From the human T2T-CHM13v2.0 reference genome, Homo sapiens, in NCBI RefSeq assembly GCF_009914755.1, contig NC_060930.1: 64,000 nucleotides of DNA. One strand, given 5' to 3'. Within the stretch, counting starts at the first letter, position 1. Each line of letters begins with the position of its first letter. Positions 23,200 through 36,925 of this stretch are shown piece by piece. Both the position numbers and the translations under genes were made by a program. The notes beneath the pieces are model-generated. The model did not search any database. It was given only the letters and a program-made list of their open reading frames with translations, and was not told where the DNA came from.

Positions 23200-26092
23200 T
23201 TAAAACTTTTAATTTGAGATAATTGTAGATTTATGTACAGCTGTAAGAAATAATACAGAGAGTTTATATGTACATCTGACCCAGTTTTCCTCAATGGTAA
23301 CATATTGCAAAACCAAAGTTGTGTATCACAACCAGGATACTAATATTGATGCATCCAAGATTTAGAACATGAACATCCTGTACATGTTTTAAATATACTC
23401 CTAACTGTTTACATTTTTTGGCATTGATGTAAATGGCATTATTTTTAAAAATGTTGTTATCCATGTGTTCAATACTAATATATAGAAATAAAATTGATTT
23501 TTACATGTTTATCATATATCTTCTGACCTTTCTTAACTCACTTATTCATTCTATTTTTTTTTTTTGGTAGATGCCTTGGAATTTTCTATGTAGACAATCG
23601 CATCATCTACAGTTAGGAAGAGTTTTATTTCTTCCTTACTAATCTGCATGGCTTTACTTATTTTTCTTGCCTTACTGTACTGAAGATAACTTGTAGCATG
23701 TGTTGAATAAGAGTGGTGACAGTGGATATCCTTGCCTTGCTCCAGATATCACAGGGAAAGCATCCAGTCTATCAACATTAAGTATAATGTTAACTTATAG
23801 CTTTTTCATTTAAAAAAATTTTTTATAGATGCTCTTTACCAAGTTGAGGAAATTTCTCTCCATTCCTAATTTTCTGAGAGTTCTTATCATGAATGAATGA
23901 TGAATTTTGTCAAATGCTTTTCCTGCATTAATTAACATGGTCATGTAATCTATAGCAATGATTAATTTTTGAAAATTGAACCAGTGTTGTATCCCTGGAA
24001 TAAACCTCACTTGATTATAGTGTACCTTTAAAAAAAAATTGCTGAATCCTATTTGCTAATATTGTGTTAAGGATTTTTTTCACATCTATATTCATGAGAA
24101 ATATTGCCTATAGTTTTTTTGTATTGTCTGTCTCTGGTTTGCTAATAGGTTAATATTGGCTTCATAAAATGAATTCAGACATGTTACCTCTTCTATTTTC
24201 TGGAAGAGATTATATAGCATTGGTATTACTTCTTCAAACCTTTGGTAAAATTTTTCAGCGAAACCATCGGATCCTGGAGAATTTTTTTGGAGTGTTTTAA
24301 AATTGTGAATCAAGTTTCCTTAATAGTTTTAGGACTATTCAAATTACCTATTTCCTATTGGATGAGTTGTGATAGTTTATGTTTTTTAAGGAAATGGTTT
24401 ATCTTGTCTAACTTGTCAAGTTTGTATTTATAGAGTTGTTAGCAATATTTACTTATTATCCTTTTATGTTCTCAGAATCCCTAGTGATAGCCTTTATTTC
24501 ATTCCTAATACTGACAATTTATTTATTTTCTCTATTTTCTTCATTAGTTTTGCTAAAGAATTGCCAGTTTTTCTTTTCAAAGAAACAGCTGTTTGGTTTT
24601 TTTCTATGGTCTTTGCTTTTAATTTTGTTGATTTCTGCTCTTGTTTTTATTATTTTCTTCCTTTTGCTTACTTTGAGCTTATTTTCTTCTCTCTTTCTAG
24701 ATTCTTGAGATAGCTTAGATTATTGATTTGAGACTTCGTCTTTCCTAATCTATGCACTTAGTGCTACAAATTTTTCTCTCAACACAGCTAAAGCAATTTT
24801 TATGTGTTGTATTTTTATTTTCATTAAGGTCAATAGATTAAAAAATTTCTTCTGAGATTTTCTCTTTGAACCATGGATTATTTAGAGTGTGTTGTTTAGT
24901 TTCAAATATTTGTAGATTTTTCCATTATGTTTTTGTTGTCAATTTCTAGTTTGGTTCCATTTGGTTATAGAACACATTCTGTATATTTTCACACCCACTT
25001 AGTTATGGTGTATAATTCTTTTCATAGGTTGCTAGGTTAGGTTTATAAGTATTTTGTTCATAAAAGATATTAGCCTGTAGTTTTCTTTCTTCTACCTGGT
25101 AACACCCATTACTCACATTAATCGTAGCAGATTCCAGTCTGCTGTATCAAATCACCTTAAATCTGGTGGCTTTAAACAACAGAAATTTATTCTCTTGCAG
25201 TTGTGGAGGCAAGAAGTCAAAAATCAGTTTCACTCAACTGAAATAATTGTATTGACAGATTAACACTCCCTGTGGAGGCTGTAATGAGAGGGTCTGTTTC
25301 TTGACCTTTCTAGCTTCTGGTGGCTGTCAGCTTTCTTTAGCTTATGGCTGCATCACTTCAATTTCTGCCATTTTGATCACCTTTATATTGGGAAATTTCT
25401 ATTATTCCATCTTCTACTTTATTGAATCTTTTCTTTCTCCCTTACATTCATTCTGTCATGGAACCCACCCACTGAGCCTTTTTGTTTCAGTTATTGTATT
25501 TTTGAGTTCTACATTTTCTATTGATTCTTCTTTACATCCATTTTTTTTTTGCTGAAGGTTTCTATTGCTTTCATTTGTTTCAAGCATGTTTAATAGCTTG
25601 TTGAAGACTTTTTATTAAGTCTACTTTACAGTATTTGTCAGATCATCTAGTATTTCTGTCACTTCAGTGTTGACATCTATTGATTATCTTTTTTGCATTC
25701 AGTTTGACATCTTCCCAGTTGTTGGAGCCACATTTTTTGCTGCGGTGTTTGGCTATATTAGGATGGTTATTATCTGAACATTTTGTCTTGCTAGGCTGTC
25801 CCTTTCTTGATCCTTTTCCTAGAGAGAGAAAGCTTTTGTTGGGGCTTTAGTCTGTGTCTGTTTAAGTTTTTATGTTTCCAGCTTCTTCACCTTTAGTTGT
25901 GGTATAAGGCAAGAAGAAAACCCAGGGAACTTACTACGATGTTATTCTTCAGGTCTCGAGGTTGCAAGTAGTCTTTTATCTTTGCTTTCCAGTCTTATAT
26001 TTATTGTATAGGAATGTCCAGAGTTTTCAATTGTACCTAACTGGAAGAATAGGAAAAAGTACATCTACTGCATTTTGCCAGAAATGGAAGTT
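23200..26092 (-). mobile_element. L1MC-type LINE-1, internally deleted, interrupted by MLT1
   Basis: 3' end tttgagataattgtagattt..gtaagaaataatacagagag..aatggtaacat. ORF2 remnants FIPGIQHWFN..KAFDKIHHSFMIRTL (23810-24010) and [15 protein letters not shown] (24092-24313). Confidence 0.8.
25135..25380 (-). mobile_element. MLT1C/D-type MaLR LTR fragment
   Basis: ggtggctttaaacaacagaaatttattctcttgcagttgtggaggcaagaagtc..ttctagcttctggtggctg. Confidence 0.8.
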
Positions 26093-26921
26093 CTATATAC
26101 CTATTTGAAACTCTAATTTATTTTTTAAACTCTTTATAATAGAAAATTTCAACCATATATATAAATAAAGAGAAGACAGCATAATGAACTCTATGCTTCA
26201 AAAATGATCAATATTCTGCCTTTTTTGTTTCTTTTTATCTCACAAGACACTAGTTGGGGGAGATTAGGATATTATAAATAAAATTTTATTCGACTCTAAT
26301 TTGTTTTATAGGATAGTCTTTGATTCTTCATTAAATTATTACTTAAAACTGCTTTGTACAAAGATTCATGTATTTTCTTCCTGGAGATGTTTGTACATAT
26401 TATTAATTGAAACTGATTATACACACATATAATATTCTGAGCTACCAGTATGCTGCCATATATGTTTATTAGACATGACAAGGTGAGACTTTTGGTGACT
26501 TTAAATAAATGTAGTTAATTAAGTGTTTAATTTTTCAAATGCAGAAATGAATATTTGTCATTGCTTAAATGACTCAGAACACTGGTTTGGGAAGACTCTC
26601 ATATAGAATTGTGAGCTTGAATTTATGAATTATCTACCTTTCCCTCTGTGTTAGTCTTTAAAGATGAATGCAAATTTTAAAAATTTTCCTGACTAGCAAA
26701 ATTCAAAGGCAACTATGATCTGTATTAAGTAGTAATTTTGGTGAGTTGCTAATTTATTGTATGATACATAATTTAGTTTTTAGAATCTGAAATGCAAAAG
26801 CTGATTCAACAAAAACCCAATACTCTAAAGAGTAGTAACCATAAAAATGTCTTTCTATGGCCACTGATGTCACTGAGGCTTGGTGTGGACTCAAAATCCT
26901 GCACTATTTCCTCTTCTTCAG

Positions 26922-27005
26922 AGGAGAACATACTCAGCAGTTCAGTCCAAAAATAAGTGAGAGAAAAAAAAATGCTACAGATAGTTTAATGACATACCCC
27001 TCAGG
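26922..27005 (+). other. Candidate 84-nt symmetric cassette exon
   Basis: tttcctcttcttcag|AGGAGAAC...CCCTCAGG|gtaagt. Open in phase 2 (GEHTQQFSPKISERKKNATDSLMTYPS). Peptide not recognised. Confidence 0.3.
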
Positions 27006-28155
27006 GTAAGTGTAGTTTTAGTCATGGTAAACAAAGGACAAATGGCAGCCCATCCAAATTGAGTCTGAAATTTCTTCAGGTATCTGAACAGTATTTATCC
27101 CAACAATAATGTGAGCTGTCTCTTTGTGTCAAGAGTTATAAAGCCAGCCTTTTAGAGGAGTTAACACACATTATGCCAGATCTCTGTCTTGAAACTTTTT
27201 GGTCTAAAAATACAAATGTGGGACAGTTGTATGTTTTAATGGAGGGCTAACATAACCTTTACTATTCCCTCTTTCTTGCTTATCCTTCCTTTAAAGTTAT
27301 ATATTTCAGATTCTTGATGCAGACTGCTTTTAGAAATCTATAGATTAAACTGCTAAAAATAATAGGTTTATAGAGTTCTGTTAGTATAAGGCTCTTGAAA
27401 TAATTGGGGTTTTTCTCTATCCCCTTGTTATTCTGTATAATTTTTCTGTCACTTCATTAGTGACTTCTAGTTCTTGGATTTATTTATTTAAGTTAGTTAT
27501 TCCTGCTTCTATTTTCTCATATCCTCTGTTTATGTTTGTATTCTATAGTTCTGGCTCATTGTATAAGAGAAGTTTGCTGCCTTAGTGAGATTTGTAAGTA
27601 CTCTCGAATGTAGAGGCTGTGTTACTGTCCTTTTATTCCCAGCATGTAGCACATGGTACATAATGGGCTGTCAGTCACTTCTAGGTTAAAATTTTGAGAT
27701 GGTGTTATTTGAATTGAAGGACAGATGGGACTTGCATGAATTTTGGCGTTCAATAATCCCTCCTCTTGCATCCTCAAACACAACAAAGCACACAAAATGC
27801 CCTAAAATAAAAATTGTTTTCAATTAATTTCTCACTAATAACTATAGCTCTCTCCCAGCTGGACTCCTGATTTGAAGATGATAGTAGCTATAAATGAACA
27901 TTGAATTGAGTTAAACTAAGTGTCCTAGAATCTTACCCTACAGGATCAATGGCAAGGTCCTTCCAAGGTACATCTCTTTCTTTTTGCTATGATTTCTGCT
28001 CTTGCTATCTCCTTTCTTCTAAGCAGAGGCTCTATGGGTTCCTTATTCCCTCTCCCCTACCCTTTAATTATAGCATCCAGAGTATATCAGAGAGACAGTG
28101 TCTATATCTACTTAGGTAGTGACCAATCCATGCTATACTTAAGAGAAAGGACATT

Positions 28156-28504
28156 CTCTCTCTCTCTCTTTCTGTCTCTTCCTCTCCTTCTCTCTCTCTC
28201 CATCCCTCTTTATCTCTCTGAGACAGGGTCTCACTCTGTTGCCCAGGATGGATTGCTGTGGCATGATCATAATACACTGTAACCTTGAACTCCTGGGCTC
28301 AAGGGATCCTCTTGCCTTTGCCTCCTGAATAGCTAGGATTGCAGGTGCATGCCACCAAACCTGGCTAATTTTTGTTAAATTTTTCATAGAGACAGGGTCT
28401 CACTGTGTTGGCCAGGCTGGTCTCAAACTCCTGGTCTCAAGCAATACTACCACATTGGCCTCCCAAAATGCTGGGATTACAGGTGTGAGCAACTGCACCT
28501 GACC
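28156..28504 (-). mobile_element. AluJ with a (CT)n-degenerated tail
   Basis: gagacagggtctcactctgttgcccagg..ccttgaactcctgggctcaagggatcc are J-type diagnostics. Confidence 0.9.
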
Positions 28505-28829
28505 TAGGACATATTTTTCTTTAACCTCTGTAATTGGTGGCTAAAGCAAAATTGCATTTTATCCTTTCTATTCTCAATTTTCTATTGTGTCTCAAGTGGA
28601 ACAAGCCCGCTATGCTTTTGTGGAACTTTAAAATTAAGCTTAAGGGAAAAAATCTAAAAGAAATAGTGTGTGAAAAATTATTCTTCTTCACTTTTAGGAG
28701 CCTCAGATGATTTGCTTGTTTCAATAGATTTTCTTTCCTTATTGTCCTATTCACAAGGGCTAAAAGAATCTTCTGTAGTATCCCAAATTGATTGAACCCT
28801 GTGTCACCAAAGAAGAGCTAGCTATATGC

Positions 28830-29110
28830 CATGGCAAACATTTGTTGAGTATCGACAGGTATCAGGCACATTGCTTGGTGGCACTGGGGAAACAAATATG
28901 TTTCATATTCATATCCTTAAAGACTCTCAGCATAGTCGGGAAAAAGGATGTTAAGAAATAAGTGCCAGAATGGTGAAAGAGGGTAAAGTAATATGAAACT
29001 ACACATTATATAATAAGAGGGGCTATCGCTTCTCTCTGATGTAGATTGTAGGAGGTCAGGGCATGCTTCCTAGTGGACATCACATTAGAATTGAACAATG
29101 AAGAGCATAG
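28830..29110 (-). mobile_element. L2 3' end fragment
   Basis: gcaaacatttgttgagtat..caggcacattgcttgg..ggaggtcagggcatgcttcc. Confidence 0.6.
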
Positions 29111-29839
29111 GAGACAGTGATTCCACAGGAAGCACCCTGGAGGCCAAGAGACTGCAGTGGTTGTTGACATAGCCTGAAGGATCCATTGGGCATTTTCTCA
29201 GAGATTTTCCAGGTCTCCAGAACTGATGTCTCATACTCACTTTATATCTCTGAGGGTTGTTTTAGGGTCTCTAGACCAATCCACTATTGTAGTTTTAGTT
29301 GGAGACCCTCTTGTATTAATGATATTTCCCATTGAACTGTTCTCTCCACCTGGGATCATTCTGCTGTGACTATGCCATAAAAAAGGACATTAGAAAATAT
29401 GATATGAAGCTCTCTTTTCTCCATCCTATGGTTCTGAACTGTTTTGAGCTGGTCTGGAAGAGCATGCAGGCAAAAAGACACCATGAGTAGAGTGATAGAT
29501 ATAATTCAAATTTGGCAATGATATGAGGGGATATATGTTCTTATATTGAAGAAGTGCCTTTGGGTCTTACAAAAAGGGACAATTAACAATAATATTTACT
29601 TAATCAAAATCTCTTTTTTTCCACTTAAGAAGCCCACCGAGCACAGTGCTTATACTATTCTTCAAGGACTAGTGTACACTAATAGCATATATTATTCTTC
29701 AAGGAATATTACTGAGTCACTAGCTTGGCTATTCTACTTTGGTAGTATGGAAGTTTTTGTTATTAAGTACATTTAAAAGGCTGTGAATTTTGGTATAAAA
29801 AGAATATAATTAAGTTTCTAGTTTTAAAAATGTCAGAAA

Positions 29840-30300
29840 TCTGCCTTAGTCAAGCGATCAATGTTAACACTAGTTGTAACACATAGTGACAACATGAATC
29901 CCTTGAAATGATGTTCTGAACAGAACACAATATCTCTTCTGTGGTATTCTTGCCAAAACTCACAACTTAGAAAGTTTCTAGGTCATGAAAGATAAGGAAA
30001 GACTGGTGAACAATTATAGATTAGAAGAGCCTAAGGAAAAATAACAAAGAAACGCAGTGTGGTGTCCTGGATGGGACATTATAACAGAAAAAGGACATTA
30101 GTGGAAAAATTGGAGAAATTTGAATGAAGTCTATAGTTTAGTTGATATTATTGTACAAAAATCAGTGTCCTGGTTTTGATAACTATGTCTAAGTACAAAA
30201 TGCTAACACTAGGGGAAACTGAGTTGGGGTATACGGAACTCTGTATTATTTTGGCAAGTTTTTTTGATTTCTAAAATTAGTCAAAACAAACATTTAAAAG
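29840..30300 (+). mobile_element. L1MC4/5-like 3' end
   Basis: ggtcatgaaagataaggaaagactg..aacagaaaaaggacattagtggaaaaa..aacactaggggaaactg..ggaactctgtatta. Confidence 0.8.
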
Positions 30301-30491
30301 ATCTTCATACATATGTAAATGTCATATAAATATGCAACTGGAAATAAAAGCAGATTTATTATTCATGTATTTACATTGCCAGTGATTGTTAATGGTTATT
30401 TTAAGTTTAGAGGTGTTTGTATCAATATGGACACTATAAAGTTTTGAATAAGTTTTAAAAACAATGTTATTCATATTAACTCAAAGTTTTT

Positions 30492-30800
<309 letters not shown>

Positions 30801-31899
30801 AAAGTTTTTGGTTTTATTTGAGTGGTTTTTGGTTGGTGTTCCTTCTCTTTAAGCTGCACTTTCTGGATATTTTTCTAAGCATTAATAATGATACTTATAG
30901 TAGATTGTAGCAGAAATAGGATTAATTTTTTTGGTTTATGAAACACTAAGTACTTTTTGAGGATAAAATTGGCTGTCAGTCCTTGGAAATGCTGTACTGA
31001 TAAATTTGCTTGCTTTTAAACATTTTTTTATTTCTGCCCCCTACCCATTCTCCACCTTTTTGGATTACAAACCACAATGTTCTTGCCTTCTCTATTGCCC
31101 TCTAGGGGTAGACTAGAGAACTTGTGCCATTGTGAATTCCTGACTGCAGTTCAGGGGGAAGAAAATAACTTGGAAGTTTCTGAATTTAGTGGAGATAAAT
31201 ACGGATAGCTCAGAAATATATTTACCAAATATCACAGTCTCGATCTTTGTCTAGCATTGCCAGCATGTTGTTTAAAGACCTATTGTTTATTGTGGCATAT
31301 GCAAATCCCATTAGCCTTGTGCCAAGTGGAAGACTTGGGGGCATAGTAGATGCTTTATTCACAAAGACAATGTCAACAGAAGCCTTCAGGATCAATCTCT
31401 CATCTGTGATCCTTCCTCCTTCATCATGCACACCCCCTTCCCTCAGATGCCTCAGGCTCTTTGTTCCCCTTCCTAATATTAAAACCCATTCTGTTAGCTC
31501 TTTTTCGGAAATAAATGTTTGTGAAGAATTAAAATGTTATTTCACCTATTTCTGCTTTTGGAAAAAAAATCCTACACATTTACTCCCTACTAAGAATATA
31601 TTATTCTTCAATTTATTTGTTTATTCTTTCATCTCTCTACTATCCTTCGGAGTTCAGGTGTTAGTAGCACCATATTTGCATCGAATATTTTCATTTGCTA
31701 AATTAAAAAAATCTCAGAAGTATCTTTACCTTTTTTTGGTAACATTGCACTTTTATAGCATTACTGAGACTTTATTTTCTAGGAATATAAGGCTAAAATG
31801 AAATTTAAGTCATAATTCAATATGGTGAATATTTTAATTCTTGACAAAAATATAACTTTTCTGAGATATATTTATTTTATGAATGCACAAAAGAAATAT

Positions 31900-32720
31900 A
31901 TATATGAGTTAATGAAAGCTTCCAATTGACATTTTTAGACTGGAAGTTAACTGAGGCCAGCTAAACGTGTTAATTAGTTGACTGTCATTTTTAAATAGAG
32001 ATTTACAATATGAGTTTGAACTTATTAATATTATGAATTTCATTGTTGTTTTCCTGTGAGCTGTATGAAACTCACCACAGTAGAGAGCTGGATGGTTTCA
32101 ATATCTAATGACTGAACTTTTCACCTCAGGCCTTGGGTCACATTAGGCTTTGGTTTCAAGTGATTGACAGCCATTTCATAGTAACCTGAAATGAATTGGG
32201 GGTCAAAATCATCCAAATGATGGAGAGAAAATGCCCCCGTTAGAAAAAAATAAAGGCAGAAGTAAACTAACCAGTGTAGTTGAAACTAATTGGCCTCCTT
32301 ATTGGCAAAGGATTGAACGGGCACAGGGACTGAATTAATCTCTTGAATTCGGTGGCAGATCCTTGCAGGTTGAAATTGTGAATTGGCAGGTTAGCATAAG
32401 GGGTGGCTGTATCCCCCTAGCATGTGATACTTCTGTTCTGTGAATTTCCATTTTGTGGAGCTGTCAATCTGAGGCTTTTGTGAGCATTAAACTTTCTTTA
32501 GAAACAACACCACTAAAAAAAGAATGACCCCACCTCCTAAACTACCACATAAATCAGCTTGATTAGTAATCTCTATTAAGAGACATTGAGTTTTGAATTG
32601 GCTGGGGTATTGTAGGTCCAGAATGAAGGACTTGGCAGGCCCAAATAGGGAAGTTTGAACATCTGCCCTACTCCGTCCTAGCACTTCTGCAAGTTTTAAG
32701 CCTATTCACAAATGGCCTAA
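31900..32720. promoter_or_regulatory. Candidate conserved enhancer block
   Basis: Unique sequence with an exact PBX-MEIS/PKNOX decamer TGATTGACAG (32161-32170), a near-copy ctgtcaatct (32461-32470), TAATTA (31971) next to CTGTCA (31982), and CTAATTGG. Confidence 0.45.
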
Positions 32721-33789
32721 ATTATAAAAGTGCAAACTGTAGTTCTCCACAAGCAGTTTTTCAAATAACATTAAGGGGTGAATATATAATATTAGTATTT
32801 ATTGAAGGTGTAGAAATTCCATAAAATATTTTATATTAAGGAGAAAGGTAACAGTAACAGACCTTTATATTTGAGCCCATTAATACCAGCTTTCTTTTAG
32901 CATTCTTCTTTTCTGTAACAAGTGAAGTTTGATCTTGAATTTTTATTCAAAGCTCTGTAAACCAAAGCCACAGATGGGGTATTGCTGTGTCATTTCCATG
33001 GCCTTATACAGATTACAGAATGTATGCAGCTGTCCCATACTCCCTTAATAGACCTTCAGCTTTTCAATACATCTTCCACTGATGGCATTTCTGTGGATAA
33101 ACATCATTTCAGAATGAAATGTGCCAGATGTCCTGCAGTGCACTTAGGTACAACAAGGCACTTTTTAAAAAAGTCGCGCCTGTATTATTTACTCATTTAG
33201 AGAATGTGACTTCTGGAATATACATTGGAAATCCAAAATTTGCTGAATGAGAGAGGAAATATTATAAATAGTTTTTAACTCATATGTACCTTAAAATTCC
33301 CTTAAATACATTTTTTCTGGACCATAAAGAAATCAATGTTTTATATCCAGGTTTCTCATAATTTTTTCCTCTAGGAGGCATAACTCAATCAAAATCTCTG
33401 GTTACTACTGAATAGAAATAGTCCTTTTTATTGAGGTTAAAAATTGCTAGATCAGGGATTTGGAATATATATGTATGTCTATATATACACACATATATAT
33501 AATGTTTCCTTTAGTATAGCTAATTTTATGAAGCATTCCTTTCAACATTCTTGAGTTTTATATTCCTGCCACAAGAAAATATTATTTTCAAGTTCTGTAT
33601 TTTGTTATTGTTGTTGTTAAGAGACTGGAATAGGTGATCCAAATGAAAGTAAAACACCAGTGAGAAATGGCAATTCAGGATCATTCCAATATCAGCATTT
33701 GATTCTCTCATATCAGATGCAACTATACCACATGCTCAATTGAGTGCTTGACTGACTATTGACTTATGTCATTTAACATTTTTTTACAT

Positions 33790-33910
33790 ACATACCACTC
33801 TTCAAAGCCTGCAAATCATTGACTGCAAGGACCATATCTTCTGCCACTTAATATGCCTCGTTGCTGAACACAATGTGAGATTTTAGTCAGTGGCTGTTGA
33901 GTTGATGACT
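33790..33910 (+). mobile_element. L2 3' end fragment
   Basis: ttgactgcaaggaccatatctt..gctgaacacaatg..ctgttgagttgatga. Confidence 0.45.
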
Positions 33911-34599
33911 ACGTTTATGGTAAACTAGAACAAGGAGATGTGTATTAAATTTTTCTATGAGGAAATCCATTTTCACTTATAAGTGCTTATAGATTATACC
34001 AAAGATATAGACTTCACTTAATTGCGATATCGCAAACTGTGGTAGCTTTAGTGTTCTTCAGCATGTTTTTTATGCATTTTTCATTTTTTAAAGAGTGAGA
34101 TTTGTAGAGGCAGTCCACTAATAGCTGATAAAACTGAGGTACAGACCTTTAGATGGTCCACAACTAAAGGAGATGGTGCTAGGCTGTATTTTGAAGCTTC
34201 TGAGAATCCCTAGGAATTATTTAAAAGAGACACGTCCTTCAATATTGCATAAACTAATTATCTATGAACTGTTTATCCTAAGCAAAATAATAATAATAAT
34301 AATAATAAATCATAATGAGAAAATGTTACTCCAGGAACGTTGACAATTATTTAAAATCTCACTATGTATTTAATTCAAAAAGTGTGATTCTTGAGGCTGT
34401 ATACTTTTCTATGTGTGCACTCCCTAAGAAAACTAGCTGAAACTTTTAATGATTTATCAAATCACTTGATAATTTTATATATTGTCAATTTACCTCCTCT
34501 TCCTAACAGCAATGTTCCTCTTAACACAAAATATACTGCATTTAGAAAACTGAAACATATTTATCATTTGTCTTGCCATCAAGGTTTTTAGAAAATATC

Positions 34600-34870
34600 T
34601 GCGCTGTAGTTCTGTCTCTGACAGCTGTGTGGTTAATTTTTCGATCCCTGGTATGTAGCTGTCTCTTTCGGTGCTGCTGCGTTTGCAGCCATGCTGTCAA
34701 CATCCACCAGAGAGCAGAGCAGCTCCAACCCCCACATCTTTCATGCTAGAAATAGATGGAGACAGTAACACAGTCAGATCCTTGGCCAAACAACGCGGAT
34801 TGCAGTTCATTTCAAAGGTCAGCACATATTTAAGCTTGCTTCATTACTGCCACCTTTATGCCTGAGATTT
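34600..34870. promoter_or_regulatory. Candidate conserved enhancer block
   Basis: Locally raised GC with 6 CpG in an AT-rich background. TGACAGCTG (34619-34627) and TTCAAAGGTCA (34811-34821). Confidence 0.4.
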
Positions 34871-35951
34871 TCATTTAAAAAAAAAATCAGTTTACCCAGG
34901 TTCCTTTAGAGACAGAAAAATGAAAGTGCTGAGTCCTATTTTCATTTGGAGATATCAAGCTTTTTATCAAATTATAGTGGTGGCGTTTCAGAATATTTCA
35001 TATCTGATCAAGAGGGAAATCCAAAAATAATTTTCTCTTTATTCAGGAGTCTTTCAGGCAGGAAAACTGTTTTATTTTTTACTTAATATTGTGCTCAAGC
35101 CAATCATTTTAAATTCATAGAGAAAGCAGACATTTAAAAACAATTTATAATAAAAATATTTTGGAGTTTAATATTTTTATTTATATTTTCTAATGAAAAC
35201 ACCACAATTTGTACTCTTTCGACATGTTTTAACTTATCAACTAGTAAAATAAATATACACACTTTCCTTTCTTATATTAAGGATGGTGAACAAGTGGATA
35301 ATTATAAAACACTTTCTAGTTAAAAAGAAATAGTTTGCCTTTTAAGAAAAAAGCAAGGATGGTTTATTTTGTTTTAAATCAAATCTGTCCTTTTCCTATT
35401 TACCATAAGGATCTAATATACATAGGAAGAATATGATACAGTATACATTAGGAATATTAATATGGCCTGTGTATATTAAGGATTCTCAATGGTTTATGTC
35501 ACAGATATCTTTAAAACTAATACTTTATTTTTAATTAAAATAATTAATTTTGAGACGAAGCTTTACATCTTCTTTGCAAAAACAGAGTTCTAGGAAATGA
35601 AAGAAAATCATTCTGAGATAGGATGTACAAGCCACTGAGAAAATACATTTTCAAAATAGTGTTTTAATAAAGGTTTTTGATACCAAAATGTGAAAAAAAT
35701 TGTATAAGTGGTTTCGTTAATCATTGGAAATTAAACTGCCTATAATTTTTTTAATGACTAACAACATAAGTAGTAAAAAATTTTTCAAACTTGATGTCAT
35801 GATCATTTTAGATCATTGAAATTTATATTTTTCTTGTAACACATTGTGGGAACATAATTATGGACATACCTTAGAAAGAGTTTAAAAGGAATGCCTGGAG
35901 GCTAAAGGCTTCCTAAAAGAAATACTCACATACTCAGGTTATATAGCTGAA

Positions 35952-35997
35952 TATATATATTATATATATATATAATATATATATATATACGTATATA
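35952..35997. repeat. (TA)n microsatellite
   Basis: Interrupted TA array. Confidence 0.9.
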
Positions 35998-36769
35998 TTT
36001 TAGTGATAATTTTAACTAGGTTATTTTAATTTTGGCATTCATGTATTTCTGAAATGAATATTTAAAATACACTATAACTGAAAGAGGAAAAAACATATCT
36101 ATATTTAAAGTATAATAATTTTAGATTTATAAATAGATTTTATAAAAGTTTTTTGAATACTTCATTAATACTTTATCTATAACTTACTTTAAAATAATTA
36201 AGAAATGTATATGGCTGAAAGTCCAGTCATCAGTTGTATTTAGACTTGGACTACTTCACTCAATTCTATAGGCTGGTTGGAATTTGAAAACAAATTCTCA
36301 TTTGTTTTCAGGAATAATGATCTATAAAAAGTATGTGAATGAGATCCAGAAAATATGATAGTAGGACATTAGGATAAAAGTAAGAAATGTGAAAGGTGAG
36401 AAAACTGGGAAAAAATAGGACCTCAAGTCCCTTGGACCATCCAAGTGCATCTTTTAACCTGAAAGATAACATGAACCCTTTTTCTTGTCCCTCAGATTCT
36501 AAAGTACATGGTGCTGATTTTACTTGTTATAAATTCTAACGTGACTTATATATAGGTTCATTTACTTCTTTCTTAGATGCAATTTAAAACAACAACTCAG
36601 CATTATGAAATAAAACCAGGTAACAAACTTGCATAAGTGCTCCCTGAATCTAAAGTAAAAGTTGAAAAAATTAAAACCAGCAATAAAAGAAAAGCAAACT
36701 TCTATTAGAAAATTATATTCCTATTTTAAAGGAAGTAAAAAGATATTTATTGCCAATTATTTGCCCAAC

Positions 36770-36925
36770 AGCACATTATCTCATTTAACCTTCATTATCA
36801 CACTGGGAGCTGGGTGGTGCTAGGCCCATTTTACAGAGAAGAGACTTAAAATTTTAAGAATTTAGTGATTACCTCTATTACCTAGCCAAGGCTTGGTCCC
36901 AGATCGTCTGACTTCACGTCCTATT
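36770..36925 (-). mobile_element. MIR fragment
   Basis: cacattatctcatttaacc..cccattttacagagaagagact..cccagatcgtctgacttc. Confidence 0.7.

Noticed and set aside
31247-31801. 184-aa ORF in unique DNA
   Set aside because: Non-ATG start, F/L/S-biased composition from T-rich DNA, no recognisable domain and no exon boundaries.
34022-34035. Perfect 14-bp palindrome ttgcgatatcgcaa
   Set aside because: A few 14-bp palindromes are expected by chance in 64 kb (about 64000/4^7), and there is no supporting context.
36312-36395. Possible exon after tttgttttcag
   Set aside because: Several competing weak donors and early stop codons, so it is indistinguishable from background pseudo-splice sites.
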